Origin: a virus
Taxonomy: Duplodnaviria > Caudoviricetes
Direction: 5' to 3' (one strand)
IMG/VR virus record: IMGVR_UViG_3300033404_000002
Coordinates: 1 to 59,688 of that record
DNA length: 59,688 nucleotides
Both the position numbers and the translations under genes were made by a program. Below the pieces are notes generated by a model that saw only the letters and a list, made by a program, of their open reading frames with translations, searched no databases and was not told the origin of the DNA. Shown piece after piece: positions 1 to 9,130 of the stretch (positions are counted from its first letter, which is position 1; every line of letters begins with the position of its first letter).

Positions 1-55
1 ATCCGGTCGACGTCGGTGAGCACCTTGCGTGCCGCCTCGGCGCTCCCGGTCAGCG
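1..55. repeat. 55-bp terminal direct repeat, identical to 59634-59688 (circular assembly overlap)
   Basis: ATCCGGTCGACGTCGGTGAGCACC...GGTCAGCG is at both ends; the tape-measure ORF stays in frame across the join. Confidence 0.95.
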
Positions 56-428
56 TCTCGAGCGATACTGCGATGTCCTCAAAGCTTGCCGCGAGCGCGA
101 GCCCATCTCCTGCCAGCCGAGAAATCGCGATGCCTGTGAGCGCCGCACCGATCGCGGTGAAGCCCGCCGCGAGCAGCGGAGCAAAACCCGCCAGCCGCAA
201 AAAGCGGTTGCCCAGCACGCGGCCGACAGTCCCCGTTGCTTCGACGACCGGAGTCAACGCCCGAAGCGCGCTGCCGAGCACGAGGAAGGCGCCAGAAGCG
301 CGAGACGCACCGCTCTCGGCGCGCTCGCCGGTCTGATCGAGCTGCCGGTTTACCTCGCTGAGATCATTTTGGAGTTCGCCGGACTCGGCGTTGAACTGGA
401 CTGTCAGCGTTCCGGCGTCTAGGCCCAT
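1..428 (-). CDS. Tail tape measure protein, N-terminal part (continues across the origin)
   Basis: ATG at 428 gives MGLDAGTLTVQFNAESGELQNDLSEVNRQLDQ..., a typical TMP start; in frame with ORF 57104..59656 after circularisation (about 985 aa total). Confidence 0.85.
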   Translation of the reverse strand, partial: MGLDAGTLTVQFNAESGELQNDLSEVNRQLDQTGERAESGASRASGAFLVLGSALRALTPVVEATGTVGRVLGNRFLRLAGFAPLLAAGFTAIGAALTGIAISRLAGDGLALAASFEDIAVSLETLTGSAEAARKVLTDVDR

Positions 429-807
429 TGTGATTCACCCGCACTGCGTTGCTCGATGCGAAATTGGTAAGCGCGTCCTGCACATCCCGGCCGGCCGATG
501 AGCTCGGCGACCGTCCGCCGCGCGTCTCGCCGAGTTCTCTGGCGAGCTTTTGCAGCGGCTTGTCCTTGCCCGAAAAGCCGACCGACGTCGCCATCGCCGC
601 AAGCCTCGTCTCGAGCAAAATAGTCTCTCGGCGCCGCTTGCTCGCGGCCTCGGCGAACATCTCAATCTGGGGCCACGTCATGCTCATCAGCTCGGCGAAT
701 CGGTATCCGCAGCTGATGAGGAAGTCGAACGCCTCTGAGAGCGATTGGACTGGAGCGGAGCCCGCGCGATGAGCCGCATGCCCTGCACGAGCTCCACTAC
801 TTTTGGG
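364..807 (-). CDS. Tail assembly chaperone, -1 frameshift extension (lambda gpGT-like T part)
   Basis: Frame reached by -1 slip at C CCA AAA; encodes FDFLISCGYRFAELMSMTWPQIEMFAEA, resembling T-region sequences. Confidence 0.75.
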   Translation of the reverse strand, partial: PKSSGARAGHAAHRAGSAPVQSLSEAFDFLISCGYRFAELMSMTWPQIEMFAEAASKRRRETILLETRLAAMATSVGFSGKDKPLQKLARELGETRGGRSPSSSAGRDVQDALTNFASSNAVRVNHNGPRRRNADSPVQRRVRRTPK

Positions 808-1163
808 ATAGCACCGCCCCCGTCCGGCTTGACTAGAGACGTCTCGATCACCGCCTCGCACAGAGTGATGAAATCGTCCCACGTCGCGCGGCTGTCGAGC
901 TCCTCAGGCGTCCATCCGAGCGTGAGCTCGACGATCGCGCGCATTTCGGGCATCGCGAGATCGAGCAGCCGCTGCACTTCGATCTCGCCGCTCACGCCCT
1001 CGGCCTGCAGTTTCTTGAGCAGCGACCCGACCAGGCCCATGCCGCGCGCGCCGGTCGTGATGTTCCACTCCGCGACCGCCACGATGCGGCCCGTGCTGAG
1101 CCGCACTTCCTTCACGGGGAACAGAATTTTGAGCTCCTGCTCCGCCGTCTTTCGATTCGCCAT
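687..1163 (-). CDS. Tail assembly chaperone (gpG-like)
   Basis: 158 aa between major tail and tape measure genes; contains the slippery site. Confidence 0.8.
   Translation of the reverse strand: MANRKTAEQELKILFPVKEVRLSTGRIVAVAEWNITTGARGMGLVGSLLKKLQAEGVSGEIEVQRLLDLAMPEMRAIVELTLGWTPEELDSRATWDDFITLCEAVIETSLVKPDGGGAIPKVVELVQGMRLIARAPLQSNRSQRRSTSSSAADTDSPS
801..807 (-). promoter_or_regulatory. Programmed -1 ribosomal frameshift heptamer CCCAAAA
   Basis: ATC CCA AAA gives X XXY YYZ in the gpG frame; the -1 frame is open to 364. Confidence 0.8.
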
Positions 1164-1261
1164 TTATCGCACCCCCACTGCGCAACGTACAACACCGCAA
1201 CGCCGTGCGGTGGCACGCTTTTTCGGATTTCTCGCACCTACGAAAGCCTGAGTCCGAACGC

Positions 1262-1298
1262 AAAAACCCCCCGCCCGCGCCGAAGCACGAACGGGGGG
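1262..1298 (-). terminator. Rho-independent terminator after the major tail gene
   Basis: CCCCCCGTTCGTGC-TTCG-GCGCGGGCGGGGGG-TTTTT: 14-bp stem with G-U pairs, UUCG loop, U tract. Confidence 0.8.
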
Positions 1299-1361
1299 TT
1301 TGGGGGGTTTGGAGTCCAGGCAGGCACGACGCCTGGAACACCAGCGAGAGAACCTCTTGCG

Positions 1362-2459
1362 CTATGGCGTCTCGGGATAGACCTGCATCGTGCCGAACCG
1401 CACCTGACCGCCGGCATCGAACAGGTCGATCGCCAGCTGAGAGACCTGGAATTCGTCGCGGTTGAACGTGAACGAGTCGTCCGTGAGCCGCACCGAGCTC
1501 AGGGGAATCGTCCACAGCATGTTGATGCCAACGTCGGTGAGCAGCCGCACGCGCGTCTGCCCCTGGAATACAAACTGCGTGAAGGGCTTGAGCTGATCGT
1601 GATCGACCAGCACGTGATCGTAGGCGGCTTGCATTGGCTGGAAGTTTTTGAACTCGTCCGAGGCGCCATTGAACGAGAGCACGCGCACCCGGCCGGGCTT
1701 TGGGTCGACGGTGAAATCGGTATTCAGCACGGTCGCAAACGTCGGCTCGTAGGTCGCCTCGATCAGCACACCGCTCGCGGGCGCCTCACCCGCGGGATAG
1801 GTGATCTGCCCGCCCGTCGCGACGGCACCCGTCACGATGGCGATCTCTCCAGCCATCGGCGTAGAGCCGGCGACGAGGTCGCCTGTGCGGTCGACCACCG
1901 TCAGGCCGGTTGTCTCGCGGTACAGCGAGACGTCGCCGATGACGTTGATTTTGAAATCCAGTGTGAAGTCGCCCGTCGTCTCTCCGAACGTCCCGCCCTG
2001 CCCCGTGCCCACGCTCTCGAGCACGATCTCATCCGCCGTCACGACGACCGTTGAGTCATCGAGCAGCTGATTCGTCAGGTCCAGGAAGTCCTCGGGATCG
2101 TCGGTCAGCACGAACGGGTCGCCGACGACCGAATTCGCGGCCGCTCCGACGATGTTGACCAGCGTCGACGAGCCGAACATCAGTTGCATGTTCTCTGGGC
2201 TGTGCTGGAACAGCCCGACGTTCAGCACCGCATCGAATTGGCGCACGAGCTCGCGCACCTTGACCGAGACGCCGCTTTGCGCCGATCTGAGCGTCACGAG
2301 CTCGAGCGACTTGGCAATCTCTGCCGAGTCGACGATGCCGAGCGATCGGAACGGACCAAAAGCACCGTTCCCAAGGTTCGGCGCGAACTCAATAAACGGC
2401 ATGCCCAGCTGCAGAAAATCCACAGTGAGCGTATCGACTGGACGAGGTTCTACGGACAT
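1362..2459 (-). CDS. Major tail (tube) protein, probably with an inserted accessory domain
   Basis: Position before chaperones/TMP; N-terminal tail-tube-like region (FRSLGIVDSAEIAKSLE...SPENMQLMFG); beta-rich insert. Confidence 0.75.
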   Translation of the reverse strand: MSVEPRPVDTLTVDFLQLGMPFIEFAPNLGNGAFGPFRSLGIVDSAEIAKSLELVTLRSAQSGVSVKVRELVRQFDAVLNVGLFQHSPENMQLMFGSSTLVNIVGAAANSVVGDPFVLTDDPEDFLDLTNQLLDDSTVVVTADEIVLESVGTGQGGTFGETTGDFTLDFKINVIGDVSLYRETTGLTVVDRTGDLVAGSTPMAGEIAIVTGAVATGGQITYPAGEAPASGVLIEATYEPTFATVLNTDFTVDPKPGRVRVLSFNGASDEFKNFQPMQAAYDHVLVDHDQLKPFTQFVFQGQTRVRLLTDVGINMLWTIPLSSVRLTDDSFTFNRDEFQVSQLAIDLFDAGGQVRFGTMQVYPETP

Positions 2460-2475
2460 ACAAGCAGCCTCCTAG

Positions 2476-2994
2476 CTAGCTAAAGATGATGGGCTTTGAG
2501 CGCACCGTGAACGACTGCGTCGTGCGGTAGCGTCCGTCACGTCCGTCGGCGTCTCTACCCAGTCGAAACGGCGGGAAATCCGCCGTGATACGCCAGATTC
2601 TGATTCCCCTGAATACACCCCGCGCCAGAGGATTCGCACCGTTGCTCTGCCCGCCGTTTTCCTGCAGCCGCTCGTAGATCTCGCGCTGCGTCTGCATGAC
2701 GCTCTCGTAGCTCGGGTGTCTGCACTGAATTGTGATGGTGTTGGTTTCGCCGAGCAGCAGCTGCGGCTCGAGACCGCCGTCCGTGAACACCGTGATCGCG
2801 AGCTGCGCCGTCGTCTGGTACGGGGTCAGGTCCAGCAAGCCGTCGGTGTCATCGGTCGGCACGGGCGGCTCCTGCTGCACGAAGATCACACGATTCGCGG
2901 GGTCCGGATCGTCGTACAGACCGCCGAACGAAGCGAGCGGCGCGGGCGGAGCGCTGAGGTACTCTGCAATCGCCTGCTCCAGACCGATCGACAT
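2476..2994 (-). CDS. Tail terminator / minor capsid-type protein
   Basis: Position immediately before major tail; LGRDADGRDGRYRTTQSF-type C-terminus. Confidence 0.6.
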   Translation of the reverse strand: MSIGLEQAIAEYLSAPPAPLASFGGLYDDPDPANRVIFVQQEPPVPTDDTDGLLDLTPYQTTAQLAITVFTDGGLEPQLLLGETNTITIQCRHPSYESVMQTQREIYERLQENGGQSNGANPLARGVFRGIRIWRITADFPPFRLGRDADGRDGRYRTTQSFTVRSKPIIFS

Positions 2995-3006
2995 GGCTGC
3001 CCCTTC

Positions 3007-3396
3007 CTAGCTGAGCGCCTGCCGGATTTCGCGCTCGACACGGCGCCGAAATCGCTCAATGAACAGCCGCCGCTTTGCGTCGAGCGCACGGCTCAAAAAC
3101 TTGCGACCCGCATTCGGCTTGAGCGCGGTCACGGGTCCAGGATTGAAAAATCCCTCGTGCTGGTAGAGCGCATATTCTTCGCTGTAAAACACCGTGTGCG
3201 TGATGAGGTTTTTTTGCCGGTCAACGCGCGTGCCGGCTGTATTGATCATCAGACCCGTTAGCTGTGGTGCCAGGTCGCGCGAGTCTGAGAGCGTCTCCTC
3301 GGCCGCACCCTGCTGCTCGTCCTCGAGCCCTGCGAGCGCCGCCTTGATGGCGCGGTCGATGTTTTTCTGAACCTGGCGCCGCCCTGTGAGCGCCAC
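3007..3396 (-). CDS. HK97 gp10-like tail-completion protein
   Basis: SRDLAPQLTGLM...EYALYQHEG...KFLSRAL motif pattern. Confidence 0.75.
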   Translation of the reverse strand: MALTGRRQVQKNIDRAIKAALAGLEDEQQGAAEETLSDSRDLAPQLTGLMINTAGTRVDRQKNLITHTVFYSEEYALYQHEGFFNPGPVTALKPNAGRKFLSRALDAKRRLFIERFRRRVEREIRQALS

Positions 3397-3399
3397 CGA

Positions 3400-3756
3400 T
3401 CAGCCGATCTCGAGCAGCAGGTGATCGAGCTCCGAGCCCACGTAGAACGGGGACACACGGCGGATCAGCTGGCGCTTTTTCAGCACACCGCGAAAATCGG
3501 TGTATTGCAGGTGGTCGCCTTCCATTACATCCAGCACCTCGCCCTCGCAGTCTGTCGGGTCCAGCCGAAACGCTGCCGTGATCTGGTGCTCCCGTCCGTC
3601 CGGATCGCGGATCACGTGCGTCGACGGCTCGGCGTGCGCCATGAGATTCGCGGCGAGCAGCGTCGGCGCTCCGACCTCGTCGCTGCCCGGTCCCGCGCGG
3701 TTCGGTCGGTAGATCGCCAGGTCGCATACGTTGAACGCATCGGCGCAGATCGACAC
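3400..3756 (-). CDS. Head-closure (stopper) protein
   Basis: 118-aa beta-rich protein between adaptor and gp10-like gene. Confidence 0.6.
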   Translation of the reverse strand: MSICADAFNVCDLAIYRPNRAGPGSDEVGAPTLLAANLMAHAEPSTHVIRDPDGREHQITAAFRLDPTDCEGEVLDVMEGDHLQYTDFRGVLKKRQLIRRVSPFYVGSELDHLLLEIG

Positions 3757-3760
3757 GGCG

Positions 3761-4219
3761 CTACCAGCCCGCCCAGAGCAGGCTTACCGGCCGCGGTGTG
3801 GGCTGCGTCGAGCCCGGATCGTCATGCATCCCGCGCCAGAACGTCGGCTGTACGCGGTCGGTATCCAGCGCATCGCGTTCCTTTTCGGCGATCGACTGGC
3901 CGCCGGCGTAGATCGTCGCACCCTGATCGGCCTGCGCGCGCAGCTTGGCCGCCAGCGCGGCATAGTTCTTGGACAGCTCGGCCAGCTGCTTTGAGCTCCC
4001 GCCCACGCGGTACGTCACCGATTTCGCGAAGTGCGCACAGAGCGCATCCGCCGCAGCGGCCGCGGCGTAATAGAGCCCGCACTCGGAGTCGAGAAAGAAC
4101 TGGATTTCCGCGTCGAAGAGTTTCGCCGACGCGCATTCGGTCTCGCCGACCAGCAGACGAACGGCATCAATCGGCCGTCCAGTTGGGTTGCAAGTGTACG
4201 TCTTACCACTCGATGCCAT
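3761..4219 (-). CDS. Head-tail adaptor protein
   Basis: DAVRLLVGET...LFDAEIQFFL...AAAAAADAL motif pattern; follows the major capsid gene. Confidence 0.7.
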   Translation of the reverse strand: MASSGKTYTCNPTGRPIDAVRLLVGETECASAKLFDAEIQFFLDSECGLYYAAAAAADALCAHFAKSVTYRVGGSSKQLAELSKNYAALAAKLRAQADQGATIYAGGQSIAEKERDALDTDRVQPTFWRGMHDDPGSTQPTPRPVSLLWAGW

Positions 4220-4245
4220 TCGTCTGCCCTCTCTAGCCTAGTTGG

Positions 4246-4548
4246 CTAGTCAGTCTCGCTATCGGGTGCCTGCCTGCGGCGGGCGGGTCGCGGGGCGGGC
4301 TCGGGCTCCGGGCGCAGTGCAGGGTCCGACCCTGCGGCTGCACGCGGCACCGCCTGAGGCGGCACACCGCTTAGCCCCTTCACTCCGATGCGGCCGGCTT
4401 GTATTTCGCGCGCGAGCGCGTTTCCGGGCCAGCTGCTGGCCTCTGGGATCACCTCGCCCGGCTGGACGACCCGCAGGCGCGGCCGCCCTCGCTGGTCCAG
4501 TGTGAGGCCCTGCACCTTGCAATGCTGCAGTGCGATGTATTCAGCCAT
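4246..4548 (-). CDS. Hypothetical virion-module protein
   Basis: Co-oriented ORF filling the gap after MCP. Confidence 0.55.
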   Translation of the reverse strand: MAEYIALQHCKVQGLTLDQRGRPRLRVVQPGEVIPEASSWPGNALAREIQAGRIGVKGLSGVPPQAVPRAAAGSDPALRPEPEPAPRPARRRQAPDSETD

Positions 4549-4560
4549 GCCCTACCGCCT

Positions 4561-5631
4561 TTAGCTGATCGGTGCGAGGAACAGGTGCCCGAGCTCGTTC
4601 GCCACGATGCGCGTGTCGAACGCGAGCTCGCATTCCACGCGGTCAGCCTTCAGATGCGCCATGCGAAAGCGCATCATGCGGCTGGCAAACGCCGAGGCGC
4701 CGAGCAGCCCAGTCCATGCGAACGTGTAGCCCGCGGACGGTACGGCCAGCCCTGGATTGCGCGCGCGGTGCACCAGCAGCGCGTTGTCGCCGACGATGAA
4801 GTCAGACGCCTCGGCGAGACCCTCAGCTGCTGAGTTCTGCACCGCCTCGGCGACTAGCACCTCTTCGAGCTCGAGCACCGCAGCGAGATGCGCGCGCGAG
4901 ACCGTCGCGATGCCGCTCGTCTGTCCCGCGTTGATGCGCGTCACAAAATCCGGGTGATCCTGCAGCACCGCCCAGACCCGAGGACTGAGTACCAGCACGT
5001 TCGGCTTTCGGCCGGTCGCAGCCTGCCGATTGATGATCTCGGCTCGAATGTCTGCGATCGGAGTCGAGCCGACCGCATCCCAGAGCGTGCCAGGCGTATT
5101 CTCACCCGCCCACACACCCGTGATGAAATACGACTCGGCCCAAGTGACGTCGCGCAGAATCATGCACTGCGACATGAGGAAGCGCGTCGCATCCTCATCC
5201 GGCCGCAGCTCCGCATCGGAGTTCGAGCGCTCCTCGTCCGCGATGTCCTTGTGTACCGCGAAGACGTCGCAGAAATACAGGTCCCGGGTAAGCCCGTAGC
5301 CCGAGCCGGCGGACTCGGTCGCGGGTGCACGGCGGCGCGCTTCGCTTCGGTTGAAATCTGCCCGGCTGTACGTCGTGAACATGTTCGACTGAAAATTGAC
5401 CGGGACGACTGGGAACACCTTGTCTGCAATCCAGACGTCCTCGGTCTGCGCGAAGTCGATCGAAATATCGGTCAGCGCACGGTCGACGTGCACGTCCGAC
5501 GCGGTCGGCTGCAGCTTGGCGAAGCGCGTGCTGCGCCCCGCCGCGGTGCCACGCGAGCGGATCGGAAAATTCCGAGTCTTCGCGTAGCGAGCGCGCCTGC
5601 GCGCGCTCCCATACTGTTGAATGTCTCTCAT
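4561..5631 (-). CDS. Major capsid protein (HK97 fold, lambda gpE-like group)
   Basis: PTASDVHVDRALTDISI...FPVVPV...GRKPNVLVLS...PSAGYTFAW; GAGGAG RBS; Arg-rich N-terminal leader. Confidence 0.9.
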   Translation of the reverse strand: MRDIQQYGSARRRARYAKTRNFPIRSRGTAAGRSTRFAKLQPTASDVHVDRALTDISIDFAQTEDVWIADKVFPVVPVNFQSNMFTTYSRADFNRSEARRRAPATESAGSGYGLTRDLYFCDVFAVHKDIADEERSNSDAELRPDEDATRFLMSQCMILRDVTWAESYFITGVWAGENTPGTLWDAVGSTPIADIRAEIINRQAATGRKPNVLVLSPRVWAVLQDHPDFVTRINAGQTSGIATVSRAHLAAVLELEEVLVAEAVQNSAAEGLAEASDFIVGDNALLVHRARNPGLAVPSAGYTFAWTGLLGASAFASRMMRFRMAHLKADRVECELAFDTRIVANELGHLFLAPIS

Positions 5632-5666
5632 GTCGAAAACTCCTCGAGCTGAGCGCCGAAGCGCAA

Positions 5667-6041
5667 TTAGTTGAGCTGCCCGCCGCGTAGTAGTTCGACG
5701 GTGATGATCTCGCCCGCACCGGCAGAGCCCAGCCGCGCGATGCCCGCGACCCGGTCGCCCGACGCCGCATCGACTGCGCGTCCCGTTGCGTCCGAAGTGA
5801 CCTCCGCGCCGATCGTCACGGCGTCGCCGGAGACGACCTTAGAGAGTCCGTCGGACATATACGCGACCGCTCGGTCAATCGCGCTTGCGTTGTTGTCCTG
5901 CGCCACACCGATCACCGCCACGCCAGCACCCGCCAGCACCGCGCGCCCGTTGCCGTCGACCGCGAGAAAACGAAACTGCGCACCGCTTAAGTCCCCGGCA
6001 GCGTCGATGCTGTGCAGATCACCGGGAGTCTGAAAAGCCAT
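5667..6041 (-). CDS. Capsid cement/decoration protein (DUF2190-like)
   Basis: Gly/Ala-rich, GAEVTSDATGRAV...AGEIITVEL; GGAGG RBS before ATG 6041. Confidence 0.75.
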   Translation of the reverse strand: MAFQTPGDLHSIDAAGDLSGAQFRFLAVDGNGRAVLAGAGVAVIGVAQDNNASAIDRAVAYMSDGLSKVVSGDAVTIGAEVTSDATGRAVDAASGDRVAGIARLGSAGAGEIITVELLRGGQLN

Positions 6042-6102
6042 AGTGAAAACCTCCAATATCGGCGCATCGCCGAAGTTTGAGTGAAGCGGGACTCAGTCCG
6101 CG

Positions 6103-7260
6103 CTAGTTGACGTTCTGCTCGTCCCTGTAGTCCTCATACAGATCGGGATTGTCACGCATGACCTGCACGCGGCACTTCTCGATGCTCATGGCTGGATTCT
6201 TCTCGTGCATCGCCTCGGCGAGTTTGCAAATTTCCATGTACGCGGCGTCGCCCTCTGGTGCCGCATCGCCCAGTGCGGTGCCGAGCTCATCGAACAGCCC
6301 GCCGCTGCGCCGGATGGCAGCAGCCTGCGCCTCGAAGCTCTTGACGAGCTCTGCGCGCACGCTCTCGTCTTCGATTTTCCACAGCTTCTCGATCAGCGCT
6401 TCGCGAGGCTCGGGCATGCCCTCGAGGTCGCCTACAGACTTTGCGAACGCTGCGCGCGCGGCGCTGGCCTTGAGCACCGAGACGTCTGCGAGCATCGCCT
6501 TGGCCTGCGCCTCGGCTCTATCTGCGCGATCGTGTGCGGCTTTGAGCAGCGGCTCAACGCTCTTCCTGATCGCCTCGGGCAGACCCTCGAGCGGGTCGAG
6601 CTTCTTGGGCTCGTCTTTGGTGCCCTTCAGCTTCGCAATGTCTGCGGTGAGCGTGGCGATCTGTGCGCTCTGCTCTTCGCTCTTTTTGACTGCGGCTTCG
6701 ACGGCCGCGCGATCCTCTGGGCTCAGCTTGCTGAGATCCATCCTGTGACCCTCCTGCGTTGAGCCGGTCGACTTGTCCGGCGGTTGGAATTGAAACAGCG
6801 CTGCGAGCGTGCTTGCTACTTCGTGCACGTCCGGACGGAACAGCCCGCCCATGCGCTTGACGATGCGGCCAGCCATGATGGCGGCCAGATCCGTATCGAT
6901 GCTGCCGACGAATTGGCCGATCGTCTCGCGGATGCGGTCCTCGGCCGGGCCCTGGTCGCCCTGCTCGACGAATAGGATCGTCCAGACCGAGTGGCTGAGA
7001 TCATCGATCCGCGATCTGATCACTTCGACGATCTGGTCGCCCATGCGATCCTGGCGGATCTCGTCAAAAAGCCGCTTCTCGATCTGCTCGGCCGACTCGC
7101 GCGCGCGCAGTAGATCTCGCACGCGCTGTGCGACCTCGCCGACCTCGCCAGACCGGGCGCGCTTGAACAGCGAGATGAGCGCGGGCGGATTGTCGCCCTC
7201 ATCGACCAGAGACACCTCATCGATCACTACGTCGCGGAGCCATTCCCTAGGCAGCGGCAT
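6103..7260 (-). CDS. Scaffolding protein with N-terminal prohead-protease beta-strand (EVSLVD..NP)
   Basis: AAGGA RBS before ATG 7260; coiled-coil body; lies between protease and capsid genes; probable internal start at 6741. Confidence 0.7.
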   Translation of the reverse strand: MPLPREWLRDVVIDEVSLVDEGDNPPALISLFKRARSGEVGEVAQRVRDLLRARESAEQIEKRLFDEIRQDRMGDQIVEVIRSRIDDLSHSVWTILFVEQGDQGPAEDRIRETIGQFVGSIDTDLAAIMAGRIVKRMGGLFRPDVHEVASTLAALFQFQPPDKSTGSTQEGHRMDLSKLSPEDRAAVEAAVKKSEEQSAQIATLTADIAKLKGTKDEPKKLDPLEGLPEAIRKSVEPLLKAAHDRADRAEAQAKAMLADVSVLKASAARAAFAKSVGDLEGMPEPREALIEKLWKIEDESVRAELVKSFEAQAAAIRRSGGLFDELGTALGDAAPEGDAAYMEICKLAEAMHEKNPAMSIEKCRVQVMRDNPDLYEDYRDEQNVN

Positions 7261-7654
7261 CGACTGATTCCTTTCGTGCACTGCCACCGATTGAGAACGC
7301 CCGGAACCTGCGCGACTTCACGCCCTCCCATGCATCGTCATCGGTGACTTTGAATCCGATGAACCATCCGCGTTTCTTCGATACGATTCCGAGCGCCTGC
7401 GCGATCTCGTCTGTGATGACGATCGAGTGGCAGACCTCGCCAGCTGAGCGTTTGTGCATCTGCCCGCCGATACGCGACTCGAGCATGAAGCCCTCTGCGG
7501 CTTTCTCGATGTCGGCGATCGAGACGGCCTGCCCGCTGTGATCGATGACCTGCGCACCGCTCTCATCGTTCGATACGTAGCCCCAACCGAATACGATGCG
7601 GCGCTCCGCGTCCAGCTTCTCGATTTCGACGCGGTGCTGTAGCTCTCCGGCCAT
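7247..7654 (-). CDS. XkdF-like prohead serine protease (catalytic part)
   Basis: RRIVFGWGYV...DIEKAAEGF...MH...GWFIGFKVTDDDAWEGVKSRRFRAFSIGG. Confidence 0.85.
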   Translation of the reverse strand: MAGELQHRVEIEKLDAERRIVFGWGYVSNDESGAQVIDHSGQAVSIADIEKAAEGFMLESRIGGQMHKRSAGEVCHSIVITDEIAQALGIVSKKRGWFIGFKVTDDDAWEGVKSRRFRAFSIGGSARKESVDAAA

Positions 7655-7657
7655 CTC

Positions 7658-8881
7658 TCAACGCCCTTTCTTCGGTGAGGTAGTGCGCCAGTGCGGGCGC
7701 GAACGTTTCTTGCGGCGTGCAGCGATGGGCACGCGGAACGGTCCCGGCTGCCCAGAGCCGGGCAAGCTCGGGAACGGCAGAATCGTGGCGCCAGAATCAT
7801 CTTGTAGGTCTGGCACGAGGCCACGGCCGAGCGCAGCGGCCGCGCCGGCGAGCGCAGCACCGATCAGGAACAGCGGCACTGCCGCGCCGCCTCTACCTGG
7901 CGGCCTGGTCCCCGGTATGGTTCCCGATCGGCTCTCGTCGCTGCCCGACGGGTCCGGGTCGTCGCCATACTCCAGGAAACATCGACACGAAACATGCCCG
8001 GGCGGACTGAGTCCGACGAAGCCGCGGCTCGAAAAGCTGTCGTTGAACCGGATCGTCACGCCGTGCAGAGGCTCGCAGATGGGGCACACACGGTCATCCA
8101 GGACGGTGAACCACGTCTTATAGAGCAGCGACGTGTCGACTTGATTGCTCGCTGCGGCCTGCTCCCAAAAACCGCGCTCGCCGTGCTGGATCGCGACCTG
8201 CGTCTCGTTCTCGGCGATGTTGCGCCCGCGCTGGCGCAGCAGCCGATTGCGGTAGTTCTCCACGTCTTCGGCGATCGCCTCGCGCGCGAGCGCGGTATCC
8301 GCCTGCTCGCTGACGATGCGCTGCGCGGTGATGCGCTCCTCGAAGCGCGCGAGCGCTTTGGCCTGCTGGCGTGTGAGACCTACTTTCTGCCCGATGTCGC
8401 GCGCGGCCTGCGTCGGCGAAAAGCCCTGCGTCAGACTGTCCGCGACGATCTGGTTCACGGCTTTGCGGGTCTCGGCGTTGATCCCCACGATGCGCTGGCC
8501 GCCCTGCCCGCGGATGAACCGCTCGGCGATGTCGGTGATCAGACTGGGGTCGATATCGATCGAGGGCGCACCCGAGAAGCGCAGCCCCAGCCGTGCACCG
8601 CCATCGATCGCTTCGCGAAATTGATTCGACAGCGCGGTCGCAATGTCCGCCTGGATCGACGCCAGCCCTTCCTCGGGCACGCCCAGCACCGTGCCTGTGA
8701 GGATGCGCCCGAGCAGCTCCTCGGTTACGTCGAAGCGTCCGCGCTCGATGATCTCGAGATACTCGCGCTCAAACTTCGCTGCGAGCGCCTCGCGCAGCTC
8801 GCGGTTCGCCTGCCGTTCCTTGCGGCTTACCTTGGCGATCGGCCCGCGCCTGCGGGATTTCGCAGCCGCGAATCGAAACAT
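7658..8881 (-). CDS. Head morphogenesis protein (SPP1 gp7/MuF family) with C-terminal extension
   Basis: RNIAENET...KTWFTVLDDRVCPICEPLHG...PPGHVSCRC; GGAG RBS before ATG 8881. Confidence 0.85.
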   Translation of the reverse strand: MFRFAAAKSRRRGPIAKVSRKERQANRELREALAAKFEREYLEIIERGRFDVTEELLGRILTGTVLGVPEEGLASIQADIATALSNQFREAIDGGARLGLRFSGAPSIDIDPSLITDIAERFIRGQGGQRIVGINAETRKAVNQIVADSLTQGFSPTQAARDIGQKVGLTRQQAKALARFEERITAQRIVSEQADTALAREAIAEDVENYRNRLLRQRGRNIAENETQVAIQHGERGFWEQAAASNQVDTSLLYKTWFTVLDDRVCPICEPLHGVTIRFNDSFSSRGFVGLSPPGHVSCRCFLEYGDDPDPSGSDESRSGTIPGTRPPGRGGAAVPLFLIGAALAGAAAALGRGLVPDLQDDSGATILPFPSLPGSGQPGPFRVPIAARRKKRSRPHWRTTSPKKGR

Positions 8882-8892
8882 GCAGGCTCTCC

Positions 8893-9042
8893 CTAGAGTG
8901 GGTCCGGATCGCCCGGCCGCCGTGCGCGCAGCGTCAGGCAGCGTTTGCATTCGAGGGAGCGGCGCAGCACCAGATGCGGCGTCTGTCCGCCGCAGCGTCT
9001 GCAGGCCGCTTGCGCCAGGTATCCCGCGCACTGCGCGCCCAT
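8893..9042 (-). CDS. Small zinc-ribbon protein (49 aa)
   Basis: MGAQ...CRRC...CKRC fills the gap between portal and MuF. Confidence 0.4.
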   Translation of the reverse strand: MGAQCAGYLAQAACRRCGGQTPHLVLRRSLECKRCLTLRARRPGDPDPL

Positions 9043-9130
9043 CGTCTCGCCGGATCGGCCGGCTGGTCCGCGTGCCGGCCTGCTCGCCTGCGGCCGGCTG
9101 GCTGGACTGCCCAGCTGTACGCTCGCGCGG

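Noticed and set aside
7247-7287. Programmed frameshift fusing protease and scaffold
   Set aside because: It would need a +1 shift, no slippery site is evident, and the downstream ATG has its own AAGGA RBS
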